From the NCBI GenBank assembly GCA_039808125.1, contig JBDHSO010000003.1:4860-68859 (forward strand): DNA of 64,000 bases, written 5' to 3'. A program made the position numbers and the translations under genes. Positions 42,641 through 53,877 of the stretch are shown here, piece by piece (position 1 is the stretch's first letter; each line of letters begins with the position of its first letter). Below the pieces are notes generated by a model. That model saw only the letters and a list, made by a program, of their open reading frames with translations. It was not told the DNA's origin and did no database searches. Source of the DNA: Rhodobacter sp. Its GTDB lineage: Bacteria > Pseudomonadota > Alphaproteobacteria > Rhodobacterales > Rhodobacteraceae.

Positions 42641-45199
42641 ATGTCGCGCTACGAACCTTCGGCAATCGAACCCAGATGGCAGCAGGCCTGGGACGAGGCA
42701 GGGGCCTTCACCGCCCAGGCCGATCCGGCGAAGGCCAAGTATTACGTCCTTGAGATGTTCCCCTATCCGTCGGGGCGCATCCACATGGGCCATGTGCGCA
42801 ACTACACCATGGGCGATGTGGTGGCGCGCACCAAGCTGGCGCAGGGTTTTGCCGTGCTGCACCCGATGGGCTGGGATGCCTTCGGCATGCCGGCAGAGAA
42901 TGCCGCGATGGAACGCGGCGGCCATCCACAGGACTGGACCTATGGCAACATCGCCGACATGAAGGCGCAGATGAAGCCTCTGGGCCTGTCGATCGACTGG
43001 TCGCGCGAACTGGCGACCTGCGACCCGGAATATTACGGCCAGCAGCAGGCCATGTTCCTCGACATGCTGGAGGCGGGGCTGGTCTACCGCAAGGCGGCGG
43101 TGGTGAACTGGGATCCGGTCGACATGACCGTCCTGGCCAACGAGCAGGTGATCGACGGCAAGGGCTGGCGTTCCGGCGCGGCGGTGGAACGGCGGGAGCT
43201 GACGCAGTGGTTCTTCCGCATCTCGGATTACTCCGAGGAATTGCTGGATGCGCTGGACGGCATGACGCATTGGCCCGAGAAGGTGCGGCTGATGCAGGCC
43301 AACTGGATCGGAAAGTCGCGCGGCATCGAGGTGGATTTCCCGCTGACCGCGCCCTTCGCGGGGCAGGATGTGCTGACCTGCTATTCCACCCGGCCCGACA
43401 CTTTGCGCGCGGCGACCTTCATGGCCATCGCGCCGGAACACCCCATCGCCCGCGCGCTGGCGGCAGCCGACGCGAAGGTGGCGGCCTTCTGCGAGGATTG
43501 CCGCAAGGGCGGAACCAGTGAAGCGACCATCGAGACGGCCGAGAAGCTGGGTTACGATACCGGGCTGAAGGTGCGCCATCCGATCTATCCTGACCGTGAA
43601 CTCGCGATCTGGATCGGAAATTTCGTGCTCATGGAGTATGGCACTGGCGCCATCTATTGCTGCCCCGGCCATGACCAGCGCGACCTTGATTTCGCGCGCA
43701 AATACGGCCTGCCGGTGATGAATGCCTTCAACATGCCGGACGAGACCAATGTCATCGGCACCGAGGCTCTGGTGCCCGCCAAGGATGTAACCGTCGCGTA
43801 TATCGAGCATTTTACCGGTATCACGCTGGCCACCGCCTATGAGGCCATCGAGACCTCGATCGACTGGATGGAGGCGCGGGGACTCGGGCGCGGCCAGGTG
43901 AGGTTCCGCCTGCGCGACTGGGGGATCTCGCGCCAGCGCTATTGGGGCTGCCCGATTCCGGTGGTGCATTGCCCCGATTGCGGCGTGGTGCCCGAAAAGA
44001 AAGAGAACCTGCCGATCCACCTGCCCTATGATGTAAGCTTCGACAAGCCCGGCAACCCCCTGGACCGCCACCCGACGTGGCGCGACGTGCCCTGCCCGCG
44101 CTGCGGCAAACCGGCGAAACGCGAGACGGATACGATGGATACCTTCGTCGATTCGTCCTGGTATTACGCCCGCTTTACCGCGCCGCATGCGCCCACGCCC
44201 ACGGTGGCGGCGGATGCCGAATACTGGATGAATGTCGATCAATATATCGGCGGCGTCGAACATGCGATCCTGCACCTGCTCTACTCGCGCTTCTTCGCCC
44301 GCGCGATGAACGCGACCGGCCATCTGCCGGTGAAGGCGGTCGAGCCTTTCGATGCGCTCTTCACGCAAGGCATGGTGACGCATGAAATCTACATGACGCG
44401 GGATGCCCAAGGCCGCCCGGTCTATCACCTGCCCGAGGAAGTGACCGTCACCGAGACGGGCGCCACGCTGAAGGACGGCACGGCGGTCGAGGTGGTGCCC
44501 TCGGCCAAGATGTCGAAATCGAAGAAGAATGTTGTCGATCCGGTGAATATCATCTCGGCCTATGGCGCCGATACCGCGCGCTGGTTCGTCATGTCGGACA
44601 GCCCGCCCGAGCGGGATGTGGAATGGACCGCCGCCGGGGCGGATGCGACGTTCAAGCATCTTTCCCGCGTCTGGGCGCTGTGCTCGCGCATCGGCGAGAT
44701 GCCGGCCGACCATCAGGGCGAGGGCGATGACGATCTGCGCCGCGCGACGGCGCGCGCCATCGACGAGGTGACGCGCGGGATCGAGGGTTTCGCCTTCAAC
44801 AAGGCCATCGCGGCACTGTTTGCGTTTACCAATACGCTTTCCCGCGCCAATGCCTCGACCCCGGTGATGAAGGAAGCCATCCGCACGCTGGCCAAGCTCA
44901 TGTCGCCGATGACACCGCATATCGCCGAATCGATCTGGAGCTATCAGGGCGGCGCGGGCCTCTGCGCGCTGGCGCCCTGGCCCAAGGCCGACCCGGCGCT
45001 TCTGGTGGACGATACCGTTACCCTGCCGATCCAGATCAACGGCAAACGGCGGGCCGAAGTCCGCGTTGCCAAGGATTTGCCGGCAGTCGAAGTTGAAAAG
45101 ATCGCGCTTGCGAACGAAGATGTGCAGCACTTCCTTGCCGGGCAGCCGGTCAAGAAGATCATCGTCGTGCCGGGCCGCATCATCAATGTCGTCGTTTGA
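42641..45199 (+). CDS. leuS: Leucine--tRNA ligase
   Basis: [16 protein letters not shown] editing domain, [10 protein letters not shown] and KMSKSK. Confidence 0.97.
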   Translation: MSRYEPSAIEPRWQQAWDEAGAFTAQADPAKAKYYVLEMFPYPSGRIHMGHVRNYTMGDVVARTKLAQGFAVLHPMGWDAFGMPAENAAMERGGHPQDWTYGNIADMKAQMKPLGLSIDWSRELATCDPEYYGQQQAMFLDMLEAGLVYRKAAVVNWDPVDMTVLANEQVIDGKGWRSGAAVERRELTQWFFRISDYSEELLDALDGMTHWPEKVRLMQANWIGKSRGIEVDFPLTAPFAGQDVLTCYSTRPDTLRAATFMAIAPEHPIARALAAADAKVAAFCEDCRKGGTSEATIETAEKLGYDTGLKVRHPIYPDRELAIWIGNFVLMEYGTGAIYCCPGHDQRDLDFARKYGLPVMNAFNMPDETNVIGTEALVPAKDVTVAYIEHFTGITLATAYEAIETSIDWMEARGLGRGQVRFRLRDWGISRQRYWGCPIPVVHCPDCGVVPEKKENLPIHLPYDVSFDKPGNPLDRHPTWRDVPCPRCGKPAKRETDTMDTFVDSSWYYARFTAPHAPTPTVAADAEYWMNVDQYIGGVEHAILHLLYSRFFARAMNATGHLPVKAVEPFDALFTQGMVTHEIYMTRDAQGRPVYHLPEEVTVTETGATLKDGTAVEVVPSAKMSKSKKNVVDPVNIISAYGADTARWFVMSDSPPERDVEWTAAGADATFKHLSRVWALCSRIGEMPADHQGEGDDDLRRATARAIDEVTRGIEGFAFNKAIAALFAFTNTLSRANASTPVMKEAIRTLAKLMSPMTPHIAESIWSYQGGAGLCALAPWPKADPALLVDDTVTLPIQINGKRRAEVRVAKDLPAVEVEKIALANEDVQHFLAGQPVKKIIVVPGRIINVVV

Positions 45200-45671
45200 A
45201 CGCCGCACCCTGCTTTTCCTGCCGCTGGCGTTGGCCGCCTGCGGCTTCACGCCGGCACTGGCGCCCGGCGCGGGGGCGACCCGCCTGCTGGGTACGGTCC
45301 GGGCGGCCGATCCCGCGACCAAGAACGATTTCGATTTTGTCGAACGGATCGAGGAGCGTCTCGGCCGGCCGAAGACCACCGCCTATGACCTGACCTACCG
45401 AATCGTCACCGAGACCGTGGGCGTCGGCATCACCGCCGACAGCCGGACCACCCGCTACAACCTGAAGGGCGTCATCGACTACCGGCTGACCGATGCCACG
45501 ACCGGCGCCGAGATCGCGAAGGGCCGGGTGCAGAGCTTTACCGCCTATGCGGCGACCGGATCCACCGTCGCGGGGCTGGCGGCGGAAGCCGATGCCGGGC
45601 TGCGGCTGATGCGTCTGCTTGCCGATGACGTGGTCGCCCGGCTGATGGCGGTCATGGCCGCGGACGGATGA
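45186..45671 (+). CDS. lptE: LPS assembly lipoprotein LptE
   Basis: Lipobox LAACGFTP, located between leuS and holA. Confidence 0.85.
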   Translation: MSSFERRTLLFLPLALAACGFTPALAPGAGATRLLGTVRAADPATKNDFDFVERIEERLGRPKTTAYDLTYRIVTETVGVGITADSRTTRYNLKGVIDYRLTDATTGAEIAKGRVQSFTAYAATGSTVAGLAAEADAGLRLMRLLADDVVARLMAVMAADG

Positions 45672-46681
45672 TCCTGCGCGGCACCGAGGCCGGCCGCTAC
45701 TGCGCCAGGCCAGATCCCGCGCGCCCGGGGCTGTTGATCTTCGGCGCCGATCCCATGCGGGTGGCGCTGAAACGTCAGGAGGCGATTGCTGCCCTGATTG
45801 GCCCCGATGGAGAGGCGGAGATGCGCCTCTCGCGCATCGCGGGGGCGGACCTGCGCAAGGATCCCGCGATTCTGGCGGATTCGATCCGGGAGGTTGGCTT
45901 CTTTCCCGGCGCCCGCGTCGCCTTCGTCGAGGAAGCTACGGACGGGCTGGCCGACACCATCGCTGCGGCGCTGAAGCTGTGGCAGCCGGGCGATGCGACC
46001 ATCGTCGTTACCGCCGGCGCACTGGCCGGCAAGTCGGCGCTCAAGACATTGTTTGAAAAGCATCCCGCCGCTGTCTGCATCGGTCTTTATGACGATCCGC
46101 CCTCGCGCGAGGAGATCGAGGCCGACCTTCGCCGCGCCGGGCTGGAGCGGATCGACCCCGCCGCCATGACCGATCTGGTCACGCTGTCACGCGCGCTCGA
46201 CCCCGGCGACTTTCGCCAGACGGTCGAGAAGATCGGGCTGTACAAGTTCGGCGATGCCACCCCGCTGGTCTCGGCCGAGGTTGCGGCGCTGGCGCCGGCC
46301 ACCATCGAGGCCGAGGTTGACGACCTGCTGCATGCCGTGGCCGAGCATGACGGCAAGGCGGTCGGTCTGCTGATGCGTCGGCTTGAGGGGCAGGGGGTGT
46401 TGCCCGTCACCCTCTGTATCGCCGCCCTGCGCCATTTCCGTGCGCTGCATGTGGCGGCAAGCGATCCGGGGGGCATCGCCTCGGGCCTTGCCCGCGCGCG
46501 GGTCTTCGGCCCCCGGCGGGACAGGATGCAGCGGCAGGCGTCTGGCTGGGGCCGCGACAGGCTTGAAACCGCGATCGGCCTGCTGCTGGACACCGATCTG
46601 ACGCTGCGCTCGTCCAGCCGCGCCCCGACGATGGCGCTTCTGGAGCGCGCGCTTCTCAGGATCGCGCTGACGCGGCGCTAG
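45668..46681 (+). CDS. holA: DNA polymerase III delta subunit
   Basis: LLIFGAD, EKIGLY and LERALLRIA in leuS-lptE-holA synteny. Confidence 0.88.
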   Translation: MILRGTEAGRYCARPDPARPGLLIFGADPMRVALKRQEAIAALIGPDGEAEMRLSRIAGADLRKDPAILADSIREVGFFPGARVAFVEEATDGLADTIAAALKLWQPGDATIVVTAGALAGKSALKTLFEKHPAAVCIGLYDDPPSREEIEADLRRAGLERIDPAAMTDLVTLSRALDPGDFRQTVEKIGLYKFGDATPLVSAEVAALAPATIEAEVDDLLHAVAEHDGKAVGLLMRRLEGQGVLPVTLCIAALRHFRALHVAASDPGGIASGLARARVFGPRRDRMQRQASGWGRDRLETAIGLLLDTDLTLRSSSRAPTMALLERALLRIALTRR

Positions 46682-46707
46682 GTTCGGCGCGGCGGGGCCG
46701 GCCCGGC

Positions 46708-47187
46708 CTACAGCCGGCTGTCGCGGATGCGCAGCTGGCGGGCGCGGGTCAGGATTGCATCCTCGACCGCACGGGCAGTCTCGGGCGCGACGGCGCCGCC
46801 GCCGCGGCCTTGCAGCGCAACCTTCAGGCTGCGGGCCTCAAGTGCGGGATCCTGCACATAGATCGTCGCGCGATAGGCACGCCCGCCGCCGGGCGGCACG
46901 CCATAGCCCGTCACGATCACGCCGGTGAAGGGATCGACCGACTCGATGGGCAGGAAATTCAGCACCTCGAGGCTGGCCTGCCAGAGGTACTTGTTCACCT
47001 CAACCGTCGTGTTCGGGTCGGCGTTGTTGGTGAAAAGATCGCGCAGCGTCGAGCCTTTCTGCTCGCGGATTTCAAGCGTCGAGGTCAGCGAATCCGCATC
47101 TGACGGGGGTTTGCTGCCCGAGCAGGCGCCCAGTGCCACGCAAATCCCACCGAAAAGCACGAATTTGGCCAGTTGCGGCAAGGGCAT
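46708..47187 (-). CDS. DUF3576 lipoprotein
   Basis: Lipobox LGAC, VNKYLWQASLEVL.FLP and AILTRARQLRI. Confidence 0.82.
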   Translation of the reverse strand: MPLPQLAKFVLFGGICVALGACSGSKPPSDADSLTSTLEIREQKGSTLRDLFTNNADPNTTVEVNKYLWQASLEVLNFLPIESVDPFTGVIVTGYGVPPGGGRAYRATIYVQDPALEARSLKVALQGRGGGAVAPETARAVEDAILTRARQLRIRDSRL

Positions 47188-47472
47188 CGCGATCTCCAGC
47201 AGCGTCTCGTCGTTGTCTAGCCGAGCGGGACAGGTGGAACAAGGGTCTTCGGCGCCGCATATCCGGCCCGGCCGGCGAAATCGGGCGCCCGAAGCGCCGG
47301 TTCGTTGCCGGCAATGTGGCTTTGGTGTGGCTTTGCTGCACCATCGCCGGCCCGTTTGCCGCCGGATGGGAAGCTTCAATTGAAATTGTCGGCGTCCGGC
47401 ATGAAATAGGCCGCATCCCCAGACCGGATTCCCCTGGCCTGGGCAGAACCTGGAATTCAACGAGGGAAAACG

Positions 47473-48417
47473 ATGAAAAAGATCCTTCTCGCGACCACCA
47501 TGATCGTTGCTGGCGCCGGCATGGCTGCCGCTGACGTGACGGTTTCGGGTCTGGGCCGCTTCGGTCTGGGCTACTACAGCAAGCCGGGCGTCGGCATGTC
47601 GAAAACCTACATCGAACACCGCCTGCAGTTCGACATCACCGGCACCAAGGAAACCGATGTCGGCGTGACCTTCGGTGGCAAGTTCCGCATGCGGAACAAC
47701 GATGGTGACAACGTCACCGCGGGCAACCAGGCGCTGCTGTTCGCCGAATACATGGGGCTGCGTGTTGAAGTCGGCAACGCGAACACCGCCATCGACTCGG
47801 CTGGCCTGATCTGGAATTCGGAAATCGGTCTGACCGCCTCGTCCTATGGCGACCCGCGCTCGGACTTCTACAGCTACAAGTCGCAGGGCAACGTGTCGGT
47901 GCCGTATTCGGGCTATGAAGGCGTCTTCGCCTCCTACTCGATGGGTGACTTCACGGGCCGCATCTCGTACATCCAGCCCAACCAGTATGCCAGCAACAAT
48001 GCGCCTGGCGTGGATGACGAACTCTCGGTCTCGGTCGACTATGCTTCGGGTCCGTTCGCGGTCTCGGCCTCGGTCGCTCAGAACGCTGCCGGCGTGAAAG
48101 ACGACGACATGTGGTTCCTCGGCGCGGCCTATACGTTCAACGACGCGGCCACCGTTGGCCTGAACTACATCGACGAAACCGGCGAGAAGGCTGACGCGAC
48201 CGGCGACCGCACCATCGTGCTCTACGGTTCGTATGTCTTCGGCGCGACCACGCTGGCTGGCTATGTCGCCAACAACGACTCGGACTGGAACTCGACCGAC
48301 ACCGCCTACGGTCTCGGCGCGTCCTACGACCTCGGTGGCGCGACGTTGACCGGCGCCGTGCACCGTTCGTACAACAAGACCACCTACGCCGACCTCGGTG
48401 TGAAGTTCTCGTTCTGA
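47473..48417 (+). CDS. Major outer membrane porin
   Basis: Signal peptide MKKILLATT, amphipathic beta strands, C-terminal GVKFSF and strongly biased codon use. Confidence 0.92.
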   Translation: MKKILLATTMIVAGAGMAAADVTVSGLGRFGLGYYSKPGVGMSKTYIEHRLQFDITGTKETDVGVTFGGKFRMRNNDGDNVTAGNQALLFAEYMGLRVEVGNANTAIDSAGLIWNSEIGLTASSYGDPRSDFYSYKSQGNVSVPYSGYEGVFASYSMGDFTGRISYIQPNQYASNNAPGVDDELSVSVDYASGPFAVSASVAQNAAGVKDDDMWFLGAAYTFNDAATVGLNYIDETGEKADATGDRTIVLYGSYVFGATTLAGYVANNDSDWNSTDTAYGLGASYDLGGATLTGAVHRSYNKTTYADLGVKFSF

Positions 48418-48438
48418 TCCGACGATCAGACGAAACGG

Positions 48439-48467
48439 AAAGAGCGGGCCTTGGCCCGCTCTTTTCA
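48439..48467 (+). terminator. Intrinsic terminator after the porin gene
   Basis: AAAGAGCGGGCC/GGCCCGCTCTTT stem plus T tail. Confidence 0.8.
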
Positions 48468-48534
48468 TTTTCGCGATGTCTTTTCCTTCCCCTCGCCGGC
48501 CGTTAGCCTTGCGACGGCAAGACGGAGGCGGAAC

Positions 48535-49203
48535 ATGGCATTGCAGGAGATCACCGCGCGGATCCGGGCGGCAGAGCAGACCGCGGGTCGCGAGACCGGC
48601 GCGGTCACGCTGATCGCGGTATCCAAGGTGCAGCCCGCCGAACGGGTCGAGGCGGTGCTGTCGGCCGGACAGCGGGTCTTTGGCGAGAACTACGTGCAGG
48701 AGGCCCAGGGCAAATGGCCAGCCTGGAAAGCGCGCTTTGCCGGAGTCGCGCTGCATATGATAGGCCCGTTGCAGACCAACAAGGTCAAGCCCGCGCTGGA
48801 CCTGTTCGAGGCGATTCATACGCTCGACCGGCCGTCGCTGGCCGATAGGCTTGCCCGTCTGGCCCAGGCCCGTGGCGCCTGCCCTGATCTGTTCGTGCAG
48901 GTGAACACCGGGGCAGAGCCGCAGAAGGCCGGGGTGCTGCCGGACGAGGTGGACGGATTCATAGCAACCTGCATCGGGCTGGACCTGCCGCTTCTCGGCC
49001 TGATGTGCATTCCTCCCGAGGGCGAGGATCCGGCGCCGCACTTTGCGGCTCTGGCGGGAATGGCGGTGCGGAACGGGCTGAAGGGCCTGTCGATGGGCAT
49101 GAGTTCGGATTTCGAAACCGCCATTGCCCATGGCGCCACCCATGTCCGCGTTGGCAGTGCAATTTTCGGCGCGCGGGATTATTCCACCCGCGCGGGCGGA
49201 TAG
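48535..49203 (+). CDS. yggS: Pyridoxal phosphate homeostasis protein (YggS/PLPBP)
   Basis: LIAVSK, FGENYVQE, HMIGPLQTNK, LSMGMSSDF and VRVGSAIFG. Confidence 0.93.
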   Translation: MALQEITARIRAAEQTAGRETGAVTLIAVSKVQPAERVEAVLSAGQRVFGENYVQEAQGKWPAWKARFAGVALHMIGPLQTNKVKPALDLFEAIHTLDRPSLADRLARLAQARGACPDLFVQVNTGAEPQKAGVLPDEVDGFIATCIGLDLPLLGLMCIPPEGEDPAPHFAALAGMAVRNGLKGLSMGMSSDFETAIAHGATHVRVGSAIFGARDYSTRAGG

Positions 49204-49206
49204 GCG

Positions 49207-51093
49207 CTAGAGAAGCCAGAGCCGCGCATAGGGCGGCAGCGCGATCATGCCGTGATGTGCCGTAACCGGAGTGTCGGACAGCGCATCGTGAAAGGCTGAC
49301 GCGCCCATGTCGCGCGCCCAGGTTTCGGGCAGTGCCTGCCGGTCTTCGGTGAAGTTGAACAGGCAGAGCATCGGCGCCTCCGGTGCGGCACGGCGGAAGG
49401 CGAAGAGGCCGGCGCCGGGGGGCGACAGGATTTCGGTCGGATGTCCGGCGTGCAGCGCGGGACTTGCCGCCCGGCGCTTCAGGATATGGCGGGTGCCGCG
49501 AAAGACTTGCGCCGCCGGCGTCGCATCGGTTTCGCGGCAGGCAGCGGCCGTCCAGGCCATCATGGGGCGGTGAATCCAGCGGCTGTCATGGGCATGGGCC
49601 GGCGCATCCGCATAGGACCAGTCGTTCACCTGCGCCAGTTCGTCGCCCATGTAGATCAGCGGGATACCCCCGAAACTGGCGATCAGCGCATGGCCGAGCA
49701 ATATCCTTTGCACGGCGGTCTCGGTTCCGGCCGCATCGGTATCCGACAAGGCCCTCTCCAGCCCCGCAAGCGATGCGAAGCTGCCGGAAATCCGCTTGTC
49801 GCCCGTCGCCTCGTTCACCTGAAACAGGGTGCCGCTGGCGAAGCTGCCCGGGAAGGTGCCGTCGTAGAAATCCGACAGGAACGCCCGATGCGCCGCCCCG
49901 GAGAAGCCGAGCGCGCCCGCATCCTCGTCAGTGACGGCCCAGCCGATGTCGTCGTGGCAGCGGATATAGGTGGCATAGGTGGCATTCGTCAGCCGCGCGG
50001 GGAAATGACTGCGCAGAACATGCGTCATCAGCCGCGTGTCGCGGGTGGCCAGGGACGACCAGAACTGCACCATCAGACTGTTATGATAAGCAAGGTTGCC
50101 CTCTTTCCCGTCGTGCCGCCCGCGGCCGAGGTAGGGCAGCATCTCGGCCGGCGCGACGATCGCTTCTTCCAGATGGATCGCGGCCGGGGCGGCGATGCGG
50201 GAACAGGCGCGCAGGGCCTGCAGGATCACGTGGACCTCGGGCTCCGATTGGCAGCGGGTGCCCATGCGCTTCCACATGAAGGCCACGGCATCGAGGCGCA
50301 GCACATCTACCCCGCGGTTGGCGAGAAAGAGCATGATCTCGACGATTTCCAGAAAGACCTGTGGATTGGCCCAATTCAGATCCCATTGATGTTCGTTGAA
50401 GGTGGTCCAGACCCATTGCCCGATCTCGGGGTAGTGGGTGAAGTTGCCGGGGGCATTGTCGGGAAAGACCTCGACCAGACTTTCCTCAAAGCGCTTTGGC
50501 ATTTCGTCCGAATCGAACATGAGATAGTAGTTGCGATATTTCGGATCGCCCTTCGCGGCCTTCTTCGCCCAGACGTGCTCCTTGACGGTATGATTCAGCA
50601 CCAGATCGACGCAAAGCGACATGCCGCGTTCGCGCAGGGCACGGGCGACAGTCTCGAACTCCGCCATCGTGCCATAGGCGGGGTTGATCCGGCGGTAATC
50701 CATCACCGAATAGCCGCCGTCGCTGTCGCCGGGCCGCGGCTTCAGGCAGGGCATGAAATGGATGTAGGTGATGCCGAGGTCCTGAAGATAACCCAGCTTT
50801 TCCATGATATTGGTCAGGTTTCCCGCGAAGCGGTCGATATAGAACACGTAGCCCGCCATGCCCGGCCTGAGAAACCAGTCGGGTTCGAGGTCGCGCTTCA
50901 GATCGAGTTGCCTGAGATCGGCGGGCCGGTCGTTCCAGCCCTTGCGCAGCGCCTTGAGCAGCCCGTCGCGGAAGGCGGCGTAGCCGGAATGCCCGCCATA
51001 CAGCGTCTCCAGCATCGGCCATAGGTCGGGCGCCGACCGGGCGAGGCGCAATGCGAAGATCTCGTCCCCGGACGTGACGGCCGCTTTGGTCAT
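49207..51093 (-). CDS. GH13 amylosucrase-like glycoside hydrolase/transglucosylase
   Basis: DGGYSV, DLVLNHT, QWDLN, RLDAVAF (nucleophile), EEAIV (acid/base), RCHDDIGW and RISG. Confidence 0.85.
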   Translation of the reverse strand: MTKAAVTSGDEIFALRLARSAPDLWPMLETLYGGHSGYAAFRDGLLKALRKGWNDRPADLRQLDLKRDLEPDWFLRPGMAGYVFYIDRFAGNLTNIMEKLGYLQDLGITYIHFMPCLKPRPGDSDGGYSVMDYRRINPAYGTMAEFETVARALRERGMSLCVDLVLNHTVKEHVWAKKAAKGDPKYRNYYLMFDSDEMPKRFEESLVEVFPDNAPGNFTHYPEIGQWVWTTFNEHQWDLNWANPQVFLEIVEIMLFLANRGVDVLRLDAVAFMWKRMGTRCQSEPEVHVILQALRACSRIAAPAAIHLEEAIVAPAEMLPYLGRGRHDGKEGNLAYHNSLMVQFWSSLATRDTRLMTHVLRSHFPARLTNATYATYIRCHDDIGWAVTDEDAGALGFSGAAHRAFLSDFYDGTFPGSFASGTLFQVNEATGDKRISGSFASLAGLERALSDTDAAGTETAVQRILLGHALIASFGGIPLIYMGDELAQVNDWSYADAPAHAHDSRWIHRPMMAWTAAACRETDATPAAQVFRGTRHILKRRAASPALHAGHPTEILSPPGAGLFAFRRAAPEAPMLCLFNFTEDRQALPETWARDMGASAFHDALSDTPVTAHHGMIALPPYARLWLL

Positions 51094-51156
51094 GGTAGTC
51101 CTTCTCCGCGGGTGTGGCGACAGGATACTACGCTATTCAAAGCGGTTTGAGAAGAT

Positions 51157-51651
51157 TCAGCCGGGAATGATCAGCCGGGCGCCGGGGCGCAGCCGGCGGG
51201 CGATCCAGAGCAGGTCGCCAGGCGCGAAGGCCACACAGCCCGCGGTGGCGGCGCCGGGCCGGCGCCAGCGATGCAGGAAGATGGCCGAACCGTGGCCGGG
51301 CGCGGGATCGGGCCAGTTCCAGTCGGTGATCAGAAGAAGATCGTACAGCGGATCGGCCCGGCGCAGGCTTTCGTGGGAAAATCCGTACGGGGCGCGGACC
51401 ATGGTGTTGTAGCCGGGATCGCCGGGATCGTCCGACCACAGGTCGCCTGGCCGGATCGGCATGGCCCAGTCGGCGGGCGGCAACAGGCGGTCCGGGCGAT
51501 AGAGCATGCCGATGATCCGGTGCAGGCCGGCTGGTGTGGCGCCGTCGCCTTCGCGCTTGTTCCGGGTCACGCCGCCACGGCCGAGCGTGCAGGGAAAGCG
51601 ACGGCCGAGAAACAGCGTGCCGGTCGGGGTGACGGTCAGGTCGCCCCTCAC
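51157..51651 (-). CDS. L,D-transpeptidase-like (YkuD fold) protein
   Basis: [16 protein letters not shown] and TAGCVAF. GTG start overlaps the ribA stop. Confidence 0.82.
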   Translation of the reverse strand: MRGDLTVTPTGTLFLGRRFPCTLGRGGVTRNKREGDGATPAGLHRIIGMLYRPDRLLPPADWAMPIRPGDLWSDDPGDPGYNTMVRAPYGFSHESLRRADPLYDLLLITDWNWPDPAPGHGSAIFLHRWRRPGAATAGCVAFAPGDLLWIARRLRPGARLIIPG

Positions 51652-52748
51652 AGAAGATGTCCGGACTTCGCGGCCTTCGTGGCAAGATAGGCGGCGTTTT
51701 CGGCCGTCCGGCCTACCTTCAACGGCACCCGCTCCACAACCTTCAGCCCGCTCCCCTCCAGCATGGCGACCTTCTTCGGGTTGTTGGTCAGAAGCCGCAC
51801 CTCGGAAAAGCCCATCTGCCGCAGGATCGAGGCGCCGATGCGGAAATCGCGCTCGTCGTCCTCGAAGCCAAGCCGGTGGTTGGCCTCGACGGTATCGAAA
51901 CCCTGGTCCTGCAACGAATAGGCGCGCATCTTGTTGGCGAGGCCGATGCCGCGGCCCTCCTGGTTGAGATAGAGCAGGACGCCGGCGCCCTCTTCGCCCA
52001 TCTGCGTCAGCGCGGCATGCAGTTGCGGGCCGCAGTCGCATTTCAGGCTGCCGAGCACGTCGCCGGTGAAACAGGCCGAATGCAGCCGCGCCAGCACCGG
52101 GCGCATGCGGTCGGGCCGGCCGACCTCGATGGCATAATGTTCGTCGCCCCCGTCTTCGGGGCGGAAGATGTGGACGCGCCCGGCGCCGGCGGCGGCCATC
52201 GGCAGACGGGCCGAGACCACCTCGTCCATCGGCGACAGGCGGGCGAGTTCGGGGGCGATCTCGTCCAGCCGCAGCAAGGTCAGGCCGTTCGCGGCCGCCA
52301 GTGCCAGAGCATCGGGCACCCGGACCAGCAGCGCCGCCGGCAGAAGCCGGGCCGATTTGGCCAGCAGGATGGCCGCGCGGTGCAGCGCCGTACCGCCCTC
52401 GCGCAGGGACCGCAGCGGCCCCTTCATCGGCACGCGCAGATCGTCGGCGGGATCGGCCAGTGCGCGAAGCCAGTCGGCATCGGTGCCGGGGGGAACCGAG
52501 ATCCGCGCCAGATCGCCGTCATAGGCGCGCGCCTTCAGGGTTTCGGCCCGCCGCGCCGTCAGCGCCAGTTCCGGCGTGCCCAGCGCCTGCAATGCCGCCA
52601 GCCGTGCAGGGTCCAGTGTCTCGACGGCGGCGGCAAGGACACCGCCGCCTTCGCCCACCAGCGCCACCGGGACGCCCATGCGCAGATCGCCCCGCGCGCG
52701 GGACAGGTTTTCGACGGTGCCGGGGCCCAGGGATGGTTGGGGGATCAT
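51648..52748 (-). CDS. ribA: GTP cyclohydrolase II with N-terminal extension
   Basis: [27 protein letters not shown] and LLTNNP.K. Confidence 0.93.
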   Translation of the reverse strand: MIPQPSLGPGTVENLSRARGDLRMGVPVALVGEGGGVLAAAVETLDPARLAALQALGTPELALTARRAETLKARAYDGDLARISVPPGTDADWLRALADPADDLRVPMKGPLRSLREGGTALHRAAILLAKSARLLPAALLVRVPDALALAAANGLTLLRLDEIAPELARLSPMDEVVSARLPMAAAGAGRVHIFRPEDGGDEHYAIEVGRPDRMRPVLARLHSACFTGDVLGSLKCDCGPQLHAALTQMGEEGAGVLLYLNQEGRGIGLANKMRAYSLQDQGFDTVEANHRLGFEDDERDFRIGASILRQMGFSEVRLLTNNPKKVAMLEGSGLKVVERVPLKVGRTAENAAYLATKAAKSGHLL

Positions 52749-52841
52749 GCGGTTCTCCTGTCTCCTATCTAGTTGCGGGATGACAGGATTGAAACATATC
52801 CCGATCCTCCGACACGAGCGCGTGAGCCTTCCGTCACATCC

Positions 52842-52870
52842 CTTGCCGGATGCGGCACCGCGGCGCATCT
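52842..52870 (+). promoter_or_regulatory. Possible RpoH-type promoter of cenR
   Basis: CTTG-N18-CGCATCT. Confidence 0.35.
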
Positions 52871-52896
52871 GATCCACACCGAAAACGGAGGCCAAG

Positions 52897-53583
52897 ATGG
52901 CACAGCTTCGCAAGATTCTGCTTGTCGACGACGATGACGACCTGCGTGAGGCGCTCTCTGAGCAGCTGGTGATGACCGAGGATTTCGACGTGTTCGAGGC
53001 CAGGACCGGCGCCGAGGGCATGGAGAAGGCCCGGGCCGGGCTTTATGATCTGGTCATCCTGGACGTGGGCCTGCCCGATACCGACGGCCGGGAACTGTGC
53101 AAACGGATGCGCAAGGCCGGGGTGAAATGCCCGATCATGATGCTGACCGGCCACGATACCGACAGTGATACGATTCTGGGCCTCGATTCGGGCGCGAACG
53201 ACTATGTGACGAAGCCGTTCAAGTTTCCGGTCCTGCTGGCGCGGATTCGGGCGCAGCTTCGCACGCATGAGCAATCGGAAGATGCGGTCTTCCAGCTTGG
53301 CCCCTATTCCTTTCGCCCCGCACAGAAGATGCTGGTGGGCGAGAAGGACAAGAAGATCCGCCTGACCGAGAAGGAAACAAACATCCTGAAGTTCCTTTAC
53401 CGCGCGCAGCAAGGTGTCGTGGCGCGGGACGTGCTTCTGCACGAGGTCTGGGGGTACAACGCCGGCGTCACCACCCATACGCTGGAAACCCATATCTATC
53501 GCCTGCGCCAGAAGATCGAGCCCGACCCCTCGAACGCGCGCCTTCTGGTCACGGAAAGCGGCGGCTATTGCCTCGTCGCCTGA
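52897..53583 (+). CDS. cenR: OmpR-family cell envelope response regulator, CenR-like
   Basis: [28 protein letters not shown] and [16 protein letters not shown] in ribA/xth synteny. Confidence 0.8.
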   Translation: MAQLRKILLVDDDDDLREALSEQLVMTEDFDVFEARTGAEGMEKARAGLYDLVILDVGLPDTDGRELCKRMRKAGVKCPIMMLTGHDTDSDTILGLDSGANDYVTKPFKFPVLLARIRAQLRTHEQSEDAVFQLGPYSFRPAQKMLVGEKDKKIRLTEKETNILKFLYRAQQGVVARDVLLHEVWGYNAGVTTHTLETHIYRLRQKIEPDPSNARLLVTESGGYCLVA

Positions 53584-53666
53584 GCATGTGGTCCGACGGT
53601 CGCATTGCTGCCCGATTCAGCCGCTATTAACTGCCCTGGGTGCAGAATGTTTCCATCGAATCCCCT

Positions 53667-53737
53667 TGCCGTGCCGGGGTCATGACACGGCATCCTCCCT
53701 GTTGGACCTGGCCGGGCTTCGTGCCCGGCATTTTTTT
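53667..53737 (+). ncRNA. SorX/SuhB-like 3'UTR sRNA core, copy 1 (5' end uncertain)
   Basis: TGCCGTG/CACGGCA hairpin, unpaired TCCTCCCTGTTGGAC, then GCCGGGC/GCCCGGC terminator with T7. Confidence 0.7.
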
Positions 53738-53877
53738 GCGCCGCGCGCCGGCATCGGCCAGCGCCCTTGCCGAAGGCGAGTAAACGGACAGGGCGCGCGT
53801 TCTGCGGTTGTGGTCAAAAAGTCACTGTCTGATGCGTCGATCAGATCCGGGCGCGGCTATGCTGCAAGAAGTCCGGA

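Noticed and set aside
41366-45379. 1337-aa minus-strand ORF that looks like a giant fusion
   Set aside because: Only 41366-42406 has real motifs (MBL fold). The rest is the stop-poor antisense shadow of leuS, typical of high-GC DNA.
46708-49143. 811-aa minus-strand ORF
   Set aside because: Only the last 159 aa (DUF3576) are genuine. The rest is antisense to the porin and yggS genes.
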